A stretch of 64,000 nt of DNA, taken from Chitinophaga pinensis. Its GTDB lineage: Bacteria; Bacteroidota; Bacteroidia; Chitinophagales; UBA10324. The position numbers and the translations under genes were made by a program. Positions within the stretch are counted from its first letter, which is position 1, and each line of letters begins with the position of its first letter. The stretch lies in NCBI GenBank assembly GCA_945903305.1, contig CAMDOA010000002.1, positions 54,704 through 118,703 on the forward strand, in the 5' to 3' direction. The notes beneath the pieces are model-generated. The model was given only the letters and a program-made list of their open reading frames with translations. It searched no databases and had not been told where the DNA came from. Below, piece by piece: positions 55,301-64,000 of this stretch.

Positions 55301-57277
55301 GTGGAAGAAAACCAAATTGAAAACCAAACAGCCGATACTACGGCAAACCCTGAAGTGGCACATGTTGCCGCTCCGGTAAAAGTTTCCATGCACGACGATT
55401 TCGATTGGGAAACAAGTAAAAAAAATGTTCGCACTTATTCAAATGATGAGCGCGAGAAGTATGAGAAAATTTATGACACTACTTTTAAAACCATTCAGAA
55501 CAACGACATCGTTCAAGGTGCAGTTGTATCAATCACCAGCAACGATGTGGTGTTGAATGTTGGTTTTAAATCGGATGGGTTAGTTCCATTATCAGAATTC
55601 CGCGACCTTACTGAATTGAAAGTGGGTGACAATGTGGAAGTATTGGTAGTGGATAAAGAAAGTCCGAAAGGTCAATTGATTTTATCACGCAAGAGTGCAA
55701 AACTGGTTAGAGCATGGCAGCAGATTGTTGATGCTTACAAGGATGGTACTATTGTTATGGGTAACATCACGAGCAAAACAAAGGGTGGATTGATTGTGGA
55801 AATTTTCGGTAAAGAAACTTTCTTACCGGGTTCGCAGATTGATGTGAAACCAATTACTGATTATGATATTTATGTTGGTCAAACCATGGAATTTAAAGTG
55901 GTGAAGATTAATGAGATTATTAAGAATGCAGTGGTATCTCACAAGGCATTAATTGAAAGTGATATTGAACAGCAGCGCCAGGTTATTATTTCTAAATTAG
56001 AGAAAGGGCAGGTGTTGGAAGGAACCATTAAGAACATTACTGATTTCGGTGCATTCATTGATTTGGGTGGTGTTGATGGTTTGCTTTACATCACTGATAT
56101 TTCATGGGGACGAATCAGTCATCCGAATGAAGTATTAAAAATTAACCAGAAATTAAATGTGGTGGTATTGGATTATGATGATGAGAAGAAGCGTATTTCA
56201 CTTGGCTTGAAACAACTGACTCCGCAGCCTTGGGATACTTTGGATACTACTATTGAAGTTGGAAGCAAGGTGAAAGGTAAGATTGTAAACATTGAAGATT
56301 ACGGTGCTTTCTTAGAAATTATTCCGGGTGTTGAAGGATTGATTCATGTGAGTGAAATATCATGGAGCAACACACCAATCAACTCTAAAGAATTCTTTAA
56401 GCAATTTGACGAGTACGAAGCAATGGTAGTAACACTTGACCGTGCAGAGCGCAAAATGAGTTTGAGCTTAAAACAAATGAGTCAGGATCCGTGGAGCGAT
56501 GTGGAAGGTAAATTCCCGCTTCACAGCCGTCAGAAAGGAATTGTTCGCAACATCAGTGCATACGGTTTGTTTGTTGAACTGGAAGCAGGTATTACCGGCT
56601 TTGTGCATGTGAGTGATTTATCATGGTTAAAGCGCATTCATCATCCGAATGAATTTACTAAAATTGGTAATGAGCTGGATGTGGTTGTTCTTGAAATTGA
56701 TAAGGAGAACCGTAAACTTTCACTCGGACACAAGCAAGTGGAAGAAGATCCTTGGGATACTTTTGAAACTACCTTCCCGGTTGGAAGCATTCATCAGGCA
56801 ACTGTTATTAAGAAAGATGATAAAGGCGGCGTAGTTTTATTCCCTTATGGTTTGGAAGCCTTTGCGCCTTCAAAGCACTTGAAAAAAGAGAACGGTAAAA
56901 ATGCTGAAGCCGATGAAACTCTTGACTTTAAAGTACTGGAATTTGACCGTGGCAATAAGAAAATGATTGTTTCGCACGCTCGCATCTGGGAAGAGAAGAA
57001 AGATGATGTGAAGAAGGAAGAAGTTGCTGCTAAAGATAAAGAGCGCAAAGACACCCGTTCAACTGTTCAAACTATAAACCGAAAAGTAGAGAAATCAACA
57101 TTAGGTGAGTTAGGTGGTTTGGCTGATTTGAAAAAGAAGATGGAAAAATCAGAAGGTCCAAAAGCTGAAGCTGAAGTTGAAATCAATAGTTCAGAATCAG
57201 CAGCTCCTGAATCTGCTGAAACAACACCTCCGGCAATTGAAGACAGTGTAACTGAAACTCCGAAGACTGAAGAGTAA
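55301..57277 (+). CDS. rpsA: 30S ribosomal protein S1
   Basis: Six S1 (OB-fold) repeats (G..V.G.V......G..V..G) and an acidic/Lys-rich C-terminal tail. I propose the GTG start at 55301 (MEENQIENQ) because 55262 lies inside the promoter box. The ATG at approx 55390 is an alternative. Confidence 0.92.
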   Translation: MEENQIENQTADTTANPEVAHVAAPVKVSMHDDFDWETSKKNVRTYSNDEREKYEKIYDTTFKTIQNNDIVQGAVVSITSNDVVLNVGFKSDGLVPLSEFRDLTELKVGDNVEVLVVDKESPKGQLILSRKSAKLVRAWQQIVDAYKDGTIVMGNITSKTKGGLIVEIFGKETFLPGSQIDVKPITDYDIYVGQTMEFKVVKINEIIKNAVVSHKALIESDIEQQRQVIISKLEKGQVLEGTIKNITDFGAFIDLGGVDGLLYITDISWGRISHPNEVLKINQKLNVVVLDYDDEKKRISLGLKQLTPQPWDTLDTTIEVGSKVKGKIVNIEDYGAFLEIIPGVEGLIHVSEISWSNTPINSKEFFKQFDEYEAMVVTLDRAERKMSLSLKQMSQDPWSDVEGKFPLHSRQKGIVRNISAYGLFVELEAGITGFVHVSDLSWLKRIHHPNEFTKIGNELDVVVLEIDKENRKLSLGHKQVEEDPWDTFETTFPVGSIHQATVIKKDDKGGVVLFPYGLEAFAPSKHLKKENGKNAEADETLDFKVLEFDRGNKKMIVSHARIWEEKKDDVKKEEVAAKDKERKDTRSTVQTINRKVEKSTLGELGGLADLKKKMEKSEGPKAEAEVEINSSESAAPESAETTPPAIEDSVTETPKTEE

Positions 57278-57305
57278 ATCGATAAAAATCAGTTTAGAAA
57301 TTTTG

Positions 57306-57336
57306 ACAGCCACCTCAGTTTTGAGGTGGCTGTTTT
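57306..57336 (+). terminator. Rho-independent terminator of rpsA
   Basis: 12-bp stem acagccacctca / tgaggtggctgt followed by ttt. Confidence 0.8.
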
Positions 57337-57419
57337 AATTTACAAGGCATATAGAAAATCAAGTAACCCACTTTACCAATAATCATTTAATGGTGAAATC
57401 AGTTGGAATATTATGCGAC

Positions 57420-57998
57420 CTATTTTATGGTTGAAATAAAATTCGCTTTCATTACTTCATCCGAATTTTTATAAACTGAGTACTCAAATTCATAAAGTAG
57501 TTCGCACTTCGATTTCTTTAATGGAATATTATTTGGTCCGGTGAGAGAATAGAAATTCTTCACTTCATTAAAATCACTGTTGAAATATTTAATGATTGTT
57601 TCAGTCACCATATCATCGGTACAACCGCTGTTATAAAATGAAGTGAGTCGCTCGAAGGCAAAAGTTTTTCCCTGTTCATCAAAGTAATGCGTGAATGCAA
57701 CAAACCAATCGCCCGAAATACTGAATGGATAAACCGATATGAGTAAAACAGTTCCTGATTTATCTTTTAACACATTGCAAGAATATTCAATACTATCAGG
57801 CCATTCATCTCCATTGAATAATATCAGTTCTGTTTGTCCTGCAATTTTTGCATAAACCAATATGTCTTCCATCTGAATTATGCGCAATGAATCATATTGT
57901 TGTTTCTTAATTTTAATTTGATGAACAACATTGGTTTTTTGCGCTGAAACAAATAACGGTGCCAATAAAAAAAGAGAAATAAAAAATTTTAGTTTCAT
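57420..57998 (-). CDS. Hypothetical secreted protein
   Basis: 192-aa ORF with a signal peptide (MKLKFFISLFLLAPLFVSAQ) and no recognisable domain. Confidence 0.55.
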   Translation of the reverse strand: MKLKFFISLFLLAPLFVSAQKTNVVHQIKIKKQQYDSLRIIQMEDILVYAKIAGQTELILFNGDEWPDSIEYSCNVLKDKSGTVLLISVYPFSISGDWFVAFTHYFDEQGKTFAFERLTSFYNSGCTDDMVTETIIKYFNSDFNEVKNFYSLTGPNNIPLKKSKCELLYEFEYSVYKNSDEVMKANFISTIK

Positions 57999-58085
57999 AT
58001 TAAATTGATTGAATTACCGACGCGGTTTATCAAGCTATATCGGCAAATGTGTACTAACTGACAACTAACAACCATCAACGAACAA

Positions 58086-59339
58086 CTATCCCATCAATAT
58101 CCCTGCAATAGTCGCCGATAAATAGGAGGCCAGTGTTCCACACAGCAATGCACGCATTCCTAATTTGGCTAAATCGGTTCTGCGCTCAGGAGCCAATGCA
58201 CCAATGCCCCCAATCTGCATTCCTACTGAACTGAAATTAGCGAAACCACAAATAGCGAAACTCACTATCATTAACGCTTTCGGACTCAGTGTTTCTGATA
58301 CACCGTGGGTTAAATTAAAGAAGGCAACAAATTCGTTGATGGTGAGTTTGGTTCCCATTAAAGTGGCAACCGCGCTCACATCTTTTAATGGAACTCCCAT
58401 TGCCCACGCCATCGGATAAAATAATTTTCCGAAAATCCAATCGAGCGAAAGCTTAAAATCAAGATTAACCCACCCGCCGGCTTTTCCTAAAATAAAATCA
58501 ATCATGGCAATAATGGCAATGAAGCCAATGATCATGGCAATTACATTCATAGCAATTTTAAATCCGTCGCCTGCGCCGTGCGAAATGGCATCAATCACAT
58601 TGCTGTATGGCGATTTCACTTGCAATTTAACCGTGCCCATTGTCTGACTTACTTCAGTTTCGGGCCACACAATTTTCGAAATCACTAATGCACCGGGTGC
58701 AGCCATTAAACTTGCTGCTAATAAATATTCAGCACTCGCACCAAAGTTTACATACACAATTAAAATTCCGCCGGCAATACACGCCAGACTTCCGCTCATA
58801 CTCGCGAGCAGTTCGCTCATGGTCATTCCTTTTAAGTAAGGTTGAATCATTACCTGCGCTTCCACTTGCCCTACAAAGGCACTTGCCACATTACTCAATG
58901 CTTCAGCACCGCTCACTTTCATTACCCAGTTCATAGCAAATGCAATGACCGAAACTATTTTTTGCATGATACCGAAATGATAAAAGATAGCGACTAATGC
59001 ACATACTAAAATAATAGTGGCTGTTACACTGAACCCGAAAATGAACATATGTTCTGCCGCATAAGGCGATGCACTTCCTGCATGATTGTCAACCATTATT
59101 CCTCCATAAACAAACGAAGCGCCCTGCTTGGCAAATTGTTCAATGTGCCCGATTTGATTACCAATCCACTTGAAAAAATTAGTTACAGGTGTAACTTTTA
59201 AAACTAAAAAGGCAATAGTTATCTGCAATAAAATTCCGCTGATAACCAAGCGATAATTAATTCGCCGCTTGTTGTTCGATGCCAGAAAGGCAATACCGAG
59301 AATTAAAATAATTCCAATCAATCCCTGAAATCTTTCCAT
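58086..59339 (-). CDS. nupC: NupC/CNT-family concentrative nucleoside transporter
   Basis: 417 aa, polytopic. The N-terminus and the GTKLTINEFVAF and SFAICGFANFSS..IQIGG motifs are typical of CNT transporters. Confidence 0.88.
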   Translation of the reverse strand: MERFQGLIGIILILGIAFLASNNKRRINYRLVISGILLQITIAFLVLKVTPVTNFFKWIGNQIGHIEQFAKQGASFVYGGIMVDNHAGSASPYAAEHMFIFGFSVTATIILVCALVAIFYHFGIMQKIVSVIAFAMNWVMKVSGAEALSNVASAFVGQVEAQVMIQPYLKGMTMSELLASMSGSLACIAGGILIVYVNFGASAEYLLAASLMAAPGALVISKIVWPETEVSQTMGTVKLQVKSPYSNVIDAISHGAGDGFKIAMNVIAMIIGFIAIIAMIDFILGKAGGWVNLDFKLSLDWIFGKLFYPMAWAMGVPLKDVSAVATLMGTKLTINEFVAFFNLTHGVSETLSPKALMIVSFAICGFANFSSVGMQIGGIGALAPERRTDLAKLGMRALLCGTLASYLSATIAGILMG

Positions 59340-59486
59340 AGTGAAAATGTTTAGCGGTGAAATATAAAAGTAAAATAATAACGAGCATCATTCTGTCATA
59401 GCAGGCTTAATGTAATCAGTACCCTGCGTTTACAATGCGCAAGGTTCAATTCGTGTAACCCGCCTGAGATGAAATTGTCAATTGTT

Positions 59487-59582
59487 TTCTGCCTCGGCGC
59501 GTGTCCCCACGCGCCGATCTCGGATTCCGGACCAACAAGTCGGAAAACTTTCGGTTCGTGGGACACGAACCGAGGCGAAGAA
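59487..59582. mobile_element. Short (96 bp) copy of the hairpin-TIR element
   Basis: Left end ttctgcctcggcgcgtgtccccacgcgccgatc. Right end tttcggttcgtgggacacgaaccgaggcgaagaa. The left stem carries TT>CG and AA>CG compensatory changes relative to the copy at 53342. Confidence 0.65.
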
Positions 59583-59599
59583 TTGATTTTATCGTTCAT

Positions 59600-59965
59600 C
59601 GTGGCTTCCGCGAATTCTCCGATTGTATTAATAATAGTAAAAGTGTGTTCTCAAAATTTCATAAGTTGTGTTTGTGATGTAATAATGTTCTCCTCAAATT
59701 CCCCGAATTGTCTTTGCGATTTAAATATCTATTCGGAGATTTCCCCGAAGGCTATATGAAAAGTAAAAGTGCTCATATACAATTCTACAATGTGGCTTTG
59801 TGATGTAAAAGTGTTCTCCTCAAATTCGTTGAGCTGACTTTGTGATGTAAAAGTATGTTCGGAGAATTCCACGAAGCCACATATAGAAGTAAAAGTACTC
59901 ATATACAATTCCACGATAGGGCTTTGTGATGTAAAAGCAATACACTCGGACAAATTGTTCATGAA
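59600..59965. repeat. Tandem array of eight strictly phased 42-nt units with a 126-nt higher-order repeat
   Basis: GTAAAAGT-type cores at 59637, 59679, 59721 (degenerate), 59763, 59805, 59847, 59889 and 59931, exactly 42 nt apart. Each unit has a TTTGTGATGTAAAAGT half and an NNNAATTCNNNGA half. Confidence 0.85.
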
Positions 59966-60186
59966 GAACAAACCAATTCTCAATTATCCATTGTCAATTG
60001 TCAATTATTCCCCGCCGGAATTTATTTCGTTGCACTTCGTTCTGATAATTTCATTGCAGTGAAAAAATTTGTAAAGCAGTAAATCTTTCTCTGTGAAAAA
60101 GTATTGATGAATAACAGTGTTTGTTTTCTTATAATATTTTTAACCTGTAATTTTTCAATCATTCAATTTTCAATCTTTTAATCTCT

Positions 60187-60194
60187 TACATTCG
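60187..60194 (+). promoter_or_regulatory. Candidate -7 box TACATTCG for the CotH-domain gene
   Basis: Lies 21 nt upstream of the TTG start at 60215. Confidence 0.4.
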
Positions 60195-60214
60195 TTGCAT
60201 AAATAATTCCCCCA

Positions 60215-62662
60215 TTGAAAAAAATTTACATTCTCGTTCTTGCAATTTGTAGTTCAGCCATTGCACATGCCCAAACCTTTTCGCAAGTGGTAAGTGTATT
60301 TATTCCTGATAATGGCCCCGTCATTTCCATTCCAATTACAGTTAGTGGATTACCAACTTCCATTAATAATTCTTTCGGATTGGAGAAAGTTAATTTCTCC
60401 ATGACACACACTTATGATGGCGATATAGCTGCATGGCTAAAAGCACCCGATGGCACCACTATTTTATTATTCGACAATGTAGGTGGTGGTGGCAATAATT
60501 TTACCAATACAACTTTAAAGTGGGATGCAGCTACCAGCATTGTAAACGGTGTAGCACCATTCACCGGCACCTACCAGCCAATGGGAATGATGGGATTAAT
60601 TAACAACAGCCAAAACCCAAACGGTCAGTGGATTTTTCAGTTTCAGGATCATGCAGGAATTGACACCGGAAGAGTAACTTTTATCAGTATCACATTCAGC
60701 AATAATCCTGCTCCGGGCTTGGCACTCGACAGCACTAAATTGCCAATAGTAAACATCAACACCGGCGGTACAGCAATTCCCGATGCCATAAAAATTCCGG
60801 CAACCTTCAACATCATTGATAATGGATTGGGCAACTGGAATTATTTTAATCAAACCACTTATTCATTAGCTGGAAACATGATGGTGGAATTGCAGGGATA
60901 CACCGGACCTGCTTACCCGAAAAAAAATTATGATTTCGATTTAACCAATGCTGCCGGAATTGATATAGATACCTCACTGCTCGGCATGCCATCAGAAAAC
61001 GATTGGATTTTAAAGGCAGAATATTTAGATGAGTCGCTAATGAAAAATGCCGTATCGTACGAAATGGCAAGAAGAATGGGACGCTACGCACCACGCACTG
61101 TTTATTGCGAACTGCTCGTGAATGGCGAATACATGGGAGTTTATACTTTAACCGAAAAAGTAAAGCGCGATTCAAACCGTGTTGATATTTCAAAACTCAC
61201 ACCGCAGGATATCTCAGGCCCTGAACTTACAGGCGGTTACATTATTGAAATGAACATCAACGGCGACCCCGGTGCATGGAATTCCACATACTTACCGGTA
61301 AATAATATCACCTGCACATTACCCGTCGAATTCAAACATGTGTATCCGAAACCCGATAGCATAGTGCTTGCACAGTACTACTACATCAAATCCTTTGTCG
61401 ATAGTTTCGAAAACGCATTGTGGTATCCCGGCTTTCAAGACCCTGTTACCGGATGGCGCAAATTTGCCGGCGAAGGTTCGTTTCTTGATTTTTTAATTGT
61501 GAACGAATTCAGCGCCAATTATGATTCATACGGAAGAAGCACCTACCTCTATAAAGAAAAAATTACCGACGGAAATAAACTGCACATTGGTCCGCCGTGG
61601 GACTACGACCGCGCATTTGCTAATGGAACACAAACCGGATGGGTCAATGAAATCACACACCCCAACTGGCCGTTTCCGTTCTGGTGGAGTCAGTTCCGGC
61701 AAGATTCTGTTTTCGAACGCAAGCTTTACTGCCGCTGGCATTCATTGCGCCAAACCACACTCAGCACCGGTGCATTTTATACTTATATCGATTCCATACA
61801 CAACTACATTCACGATGCCGCCACCCGAAATTTTTTGCGCTGGCCGCAATCAGGAATAACTGATTTCAATGTGCCTGTTAATGAGTTAAAAGATTTTATT
61901 CTCGACCGGAATTTATGGATTGATACTGCCCTTCCCGATTCCGATTTCGTCAGCACTGCATTAAACCTTGCCGATATTCAGGTGTGCGATGGTGCCATTG
62001 TAAATGCCACACAAGGTGGTTACTGGATGTTTAATTATTTATGGAACACCGGCGAAACCACCAATGCCCTATCAATAACAAACACAGGATTGTATGCAGT
62101 TACTGTTTCAAGCATTTATGGTTGTCCGGCATCAACTGATAATTTCAATGCCACCATACTTCCTCTTCCCGATGCATCATTCACAACACTTTCATTGGGC
62201 AACAATGCTTATTCATTCACTCCAAACAACAGTACAGCCACTTTTTATATCTGGGATTTTGGCAACGGAAATATTTCCGGTCAAATAAATCCAACCGCAG
62301 TACTGCCCGATTCTCCATCAGTAGTGACTCTAACAGTTTATGGAACCAATGGATGTTCCAATACTTTCACCGATACTTTGAATCTGAATATTGTGAATGG
62401 TGAATTGTCAATTGCCAATAGCAGCATTCGTGTTTATCCCAATCCGGCAAGTGATGTATTATTTATTCAAACAAATAATTCCGACTTTCACCAAGTTGAA
62501 ATTATTAATGTCGAAGGAAAAAAAATAATTTCTCAAACACTTTCCCCTCGTCCTTCGCCCTCGTCCCTTTCCATTCAATCACTTTCACCAGGAGTTTATC
62601 AATTAACTATTTATTCAAAAGCCGGATTGATGATTGGGAAGAAACGGTTTGTGAAAATGTAA
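60215..62662 (+). CDS. Secreted multidomain protein: proprotein-convertase P-domain, CotH kinase-like domain, Ig/PKD-like repeats and a T9SS C-terminal sorting domain
   Basis: 815 aa. P-domain motif HTYDGDIAAWLKAPDGTTILLFDNVGG. CotH region LDESLMKNAVSYEMARRMGRYAPRTVYCELLVNGEYMGVYTLTEKVKRD. C-terminus VYPNPASDVLFIQ...GVYQLTI. Confidence 0.8.
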   Translation: MKKIYILVLAICSSAIAHAQTFSQVVSVFIPDNGPVISIPITVSGLPTSINNSFGLEKVNFSMTHTYDGDIAAWLKAPDGTTILLFDNVGGGGNNFTNTTLKWDAATSIVNGVAPFTGTYQPMGMMGLINNSQNPNGQWIFQFQDHAGIDTGRVTFISITFSNNPAPGLALDSTKLPIVNINTGGTAIPDAIKIPATFNIIDNGLGNWNYFNQTTYSLAGNMMVELQGYTGPAYPKKNYDFDLTNAAGIDIDTSLLGMPSENDWILKAEYLDESLMKNAVSYEMARRMGRYAPRTVYCELLVNGEYMGVYTLTEKVKRDSNRVDISKLTPQDISGPELTGGYIIEMNINGDPGAWNSTYLPVNNITCTLPVEFKHVYPKPDSIVLAQYYYIKSFVDSFENALWYPGFQDPVTGWRKFAGEGSFLDFLIVNEFSANYDSYGRSTYLYKEKITDGNKLHIGPPWDYDRAFANGTQTGWVNEITHPNWPFPFWWSQFRQDSVFERKLYCRWHSLRQTTLSTGAFYTYIDSIHNYIHDAATRNFLRWPQSGITDFNVPVNELKDFILDRNLWIDTALPDSDFVSTALNLADIQVCDGAIVNATQGGYWMFNYLWNTGETTNALSITNTGLYAVTVSSIYGCPASTDNFNATILPLPDASFTTLSLGNNAYSFTPNNSTATFYIWDFGNGNISGQINPTAVLPDSPSVVTLTVYGTNGCSNTFTDTLNLNIVNGELSIANSSIRVYPNPASDVLFIQTNNSDFHQVEIINVEGKKIISQTLSPRPSPSSLSIQSLSPGVYQLTIYSKAGLMIGKKRFVKM

Positions 62663-62670
62663 ATTCGGTT

Positions 62671-62750
62671 CTTCGACAGGCTCAGAATGACAATGCTATA
62701 AATGTCATACTGAGCAATATCACACAGAGTTTATCGAAGTGTTGTCGAAG
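62671..62750. repeat. REP-like palindrome of the GTCATTCYGA family between convergent genes
   Basis: cttcgacaggctcagaatgac faces gtcatactgagc...gtcgaag. The reverse complement of the left arm is gtcattctgagcctgtcgaag. Confidence 0.6.
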
Positions 62751-62767
62751 GATATTGAAGTAGTGAG

Positions 62768-64000
62768 TTACAAAATCGCAATCTTGTAATTCTTAATTGC
62801 GTTTCCGTTTCTGACTGTGAGAATATAAATTCCTTTTGCAAGTTTTTCAATAAGTATGCTTTCTGTTTTTTGTGTTGCAACCATTTCATTCACCAACTGA
62901 CCGGTCGAATTATAAAGTTGCAATTGTGTACCGATAAATTTTTCATTTGAGAAAATGATTTGCAGAAATTTCGGATCGATGAGTAATTGAATTGCTGAAA
63001 CATCATCAATTGGATTAACTGATACCATTTGAAAATAATATTCTGATGAAGTTGTGGAACATCCATAAATATTAAAAACTTCAACAGAATAATTTCCAGA
63101 AATCAAAGGCACATAGCTCTGATTCGTTGCACCGGAAATGGGAATGCCATTTAAATACCATTGATAACTAGTATTTCCATTTGCATAAAGATGATTGCCT
63201 AAAAAATCAATAGTTACTGATGGAAAAGCAGCATTATTTACACTAGTAATAAATGAAGGTTGATTACAATTTATCAAGGTGTCGTTAAAAACCACCCAAT
63301 AATTTCCGGAGGAATAAATAATTAAAGAATCAAGTGCATTGGAAATAATCAGGCCATTATCGTTATACCAATTGTAAATCACATTTGGATAAGACTGAGC
63401 ATTAATGATTGCTGAATCTACATTACATCCAATTCCATAATTTGAAATAGAGAGAAAGGGATTTAAATAATAACAGGCATTAAAATAAATTGAATCTGTT
63501 TGGGAACATGTTGAATCGCTCATTTGAACTGAATAATTTCCTGATTGAACAGGAATGAAATAATTGATCGTTGAATCTGCAAGTAAATTTCCGGAAGAAT
63601 CAAACCATGCATAATTATATGGACCTGATGGGTTACAAAAAAGAATATTTAAATTTTGAAAAGCAGAGATTGCCGGAAATGGAATATTATAAATTGCAAC
63701 AGTTATTGAGCTTGTACATCCACTTGCATCGTTTACTGTAACATGATAAACTCCGTTTGATAAATTATACAAATCTTGAGATGTTTCCCCTGAGCTCCAG
63801 CTATAATTGAAAGGTGGAGTTCCACTGTTAATTGAAATATCAATGCTTCCATTGTATATGCATAAAGAATCAATATGTGTTTCAGAAATATTGATAGCAT
63901 TATTATTAACGACAAATGAAATGGAATCTGAAACCTGGCATATGGCAGTTGTAACAATCACCTGCTGTGTGCCGGGCAATAAATTATTTGCATATTGAGA
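62768..64000 (-). CDS. SprB-repeat / Ig-like-repeat cell-surface protein with T9SS C-terminal sorting domain (N-terminus outside window)
   Basis: The frame stays open to the window edge. SprB-type repeat C.YNGSIDISI.SGTPPFNYSWSSGETSQDL.NLSNGVYHVTVNDASGC. C-terminus KGIYILTVRNG. Confidence 0.8.
   Translation of the reverse strand, partial: SQYANNLLPGTQQVIVTTAICQVSDSISFVVNNNAINISETHIDSLCIYNGSIDISINSGTPPFNYSWSSGETSQDLYNLSNGVYHVTVNDASGCTSSITVAIYNIPFPAISAFQNLNILFCNPSGPYNYAWFDSSGNLLADSTINYFIPVQSGNYSVQMSDSTCSQTDSIYFNACYYLNPFLSISNYGIGCNVDSAIINAQSYPNVIYNWYNDNGLIISNALDSLIIYSSGNYWVVFNDTLINCNQPSFITSVNNAAFPSVTIDFLGNHLYANGNTSYQWYLNGIPISGATNQSYVPLISGNYSVEVFNIYGCSTTSSEYYFQMVSVNPIDDVSAIQLLIDPKFLQIIFSNEKFIGTQLQLYNSTGQLVNEMVATQKTESILIEKLAKGIYILTVRNGNAIKNYKIAIL

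Noticed and set aside
52960-59965. CRISPR-array interpretation of the two tandem arrays.
   Set aside because: There is no alternation of an invariant repeat with unique spacers. All parts of each unit are repeated at higher order (84 or 126 nt). The units are contiguous, no cas genes are in the window, and no leader-like asymmetry is visible.
59469-59983. ORFs 59469..59759 (+) and 59729..59983 (-) over the 42-nt array.
   Set aside because: Neither spans the array. They overlap each other on opposite strands, and their repetitive peptides mirror the DNA repeat. They could at best be a decayed repeat-protein gene.

Overview
This window looks like an AT-rich (by eye, not computed) chromosomal segment of a Bacteroidota genome. 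The phylum call rests on five proteins ending in T9SS type-A C-terminal sorting domains, a 288-aa primary sigma factor, an extended S16, no Shine-Dalgarno sequences, and TAnnTTTG-type -7 promoter boxes 16-30 nt upstream of many starts. Most of the window is ordinary core genome: ffh, rpsP, rpoD, lon, bioD, folC, an exbB-exbD-tonB-like set, rpmI-rplT, rpsA, tRNA-Asp, tRNA-Ser, lipid and LPS acyltransferases, a Cu-type P-type ATPase and SOD. T9SS cargo genes are interspersed among them. I found no CRISPR array, cas genes, reverse transcriptase, toxin-antitoxin pair, restriction system or intact mobile element. The parts that standard annotation does not explain are listed here. (1) Two strictly phased tandem-repeat arrays (21/84-nt units at 52960-53271; 42/126-nt units at 59600-59965) each lie next to a copy of a nested-hairpin element with terminal inverted repeats (53342-53557 and 59487-59582, with compensatory stem substitutions). 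Together they bracket the 6.3-kb rpsA-nupC block in mirror order. (2) A decayed tyrosine-integrase stub and five GTGAAACA direct repeats sit on the 3' side of tRNA-Asp. (3) Two tandem ECF-sigma modules are present, one with anti-sigma and OM beta-barrel parts fused and one with them split. (4) A Tat-dependent DUF1501/DUF1800 pair is present. (5) A periplasmic metal/redox cluster sits around the P-type ATPase. (6) Several families of palindromic or low-complexity word repeats occupy intergenic spacers. All function calls come from reading motifs in the supplied translations; no database search was possible.
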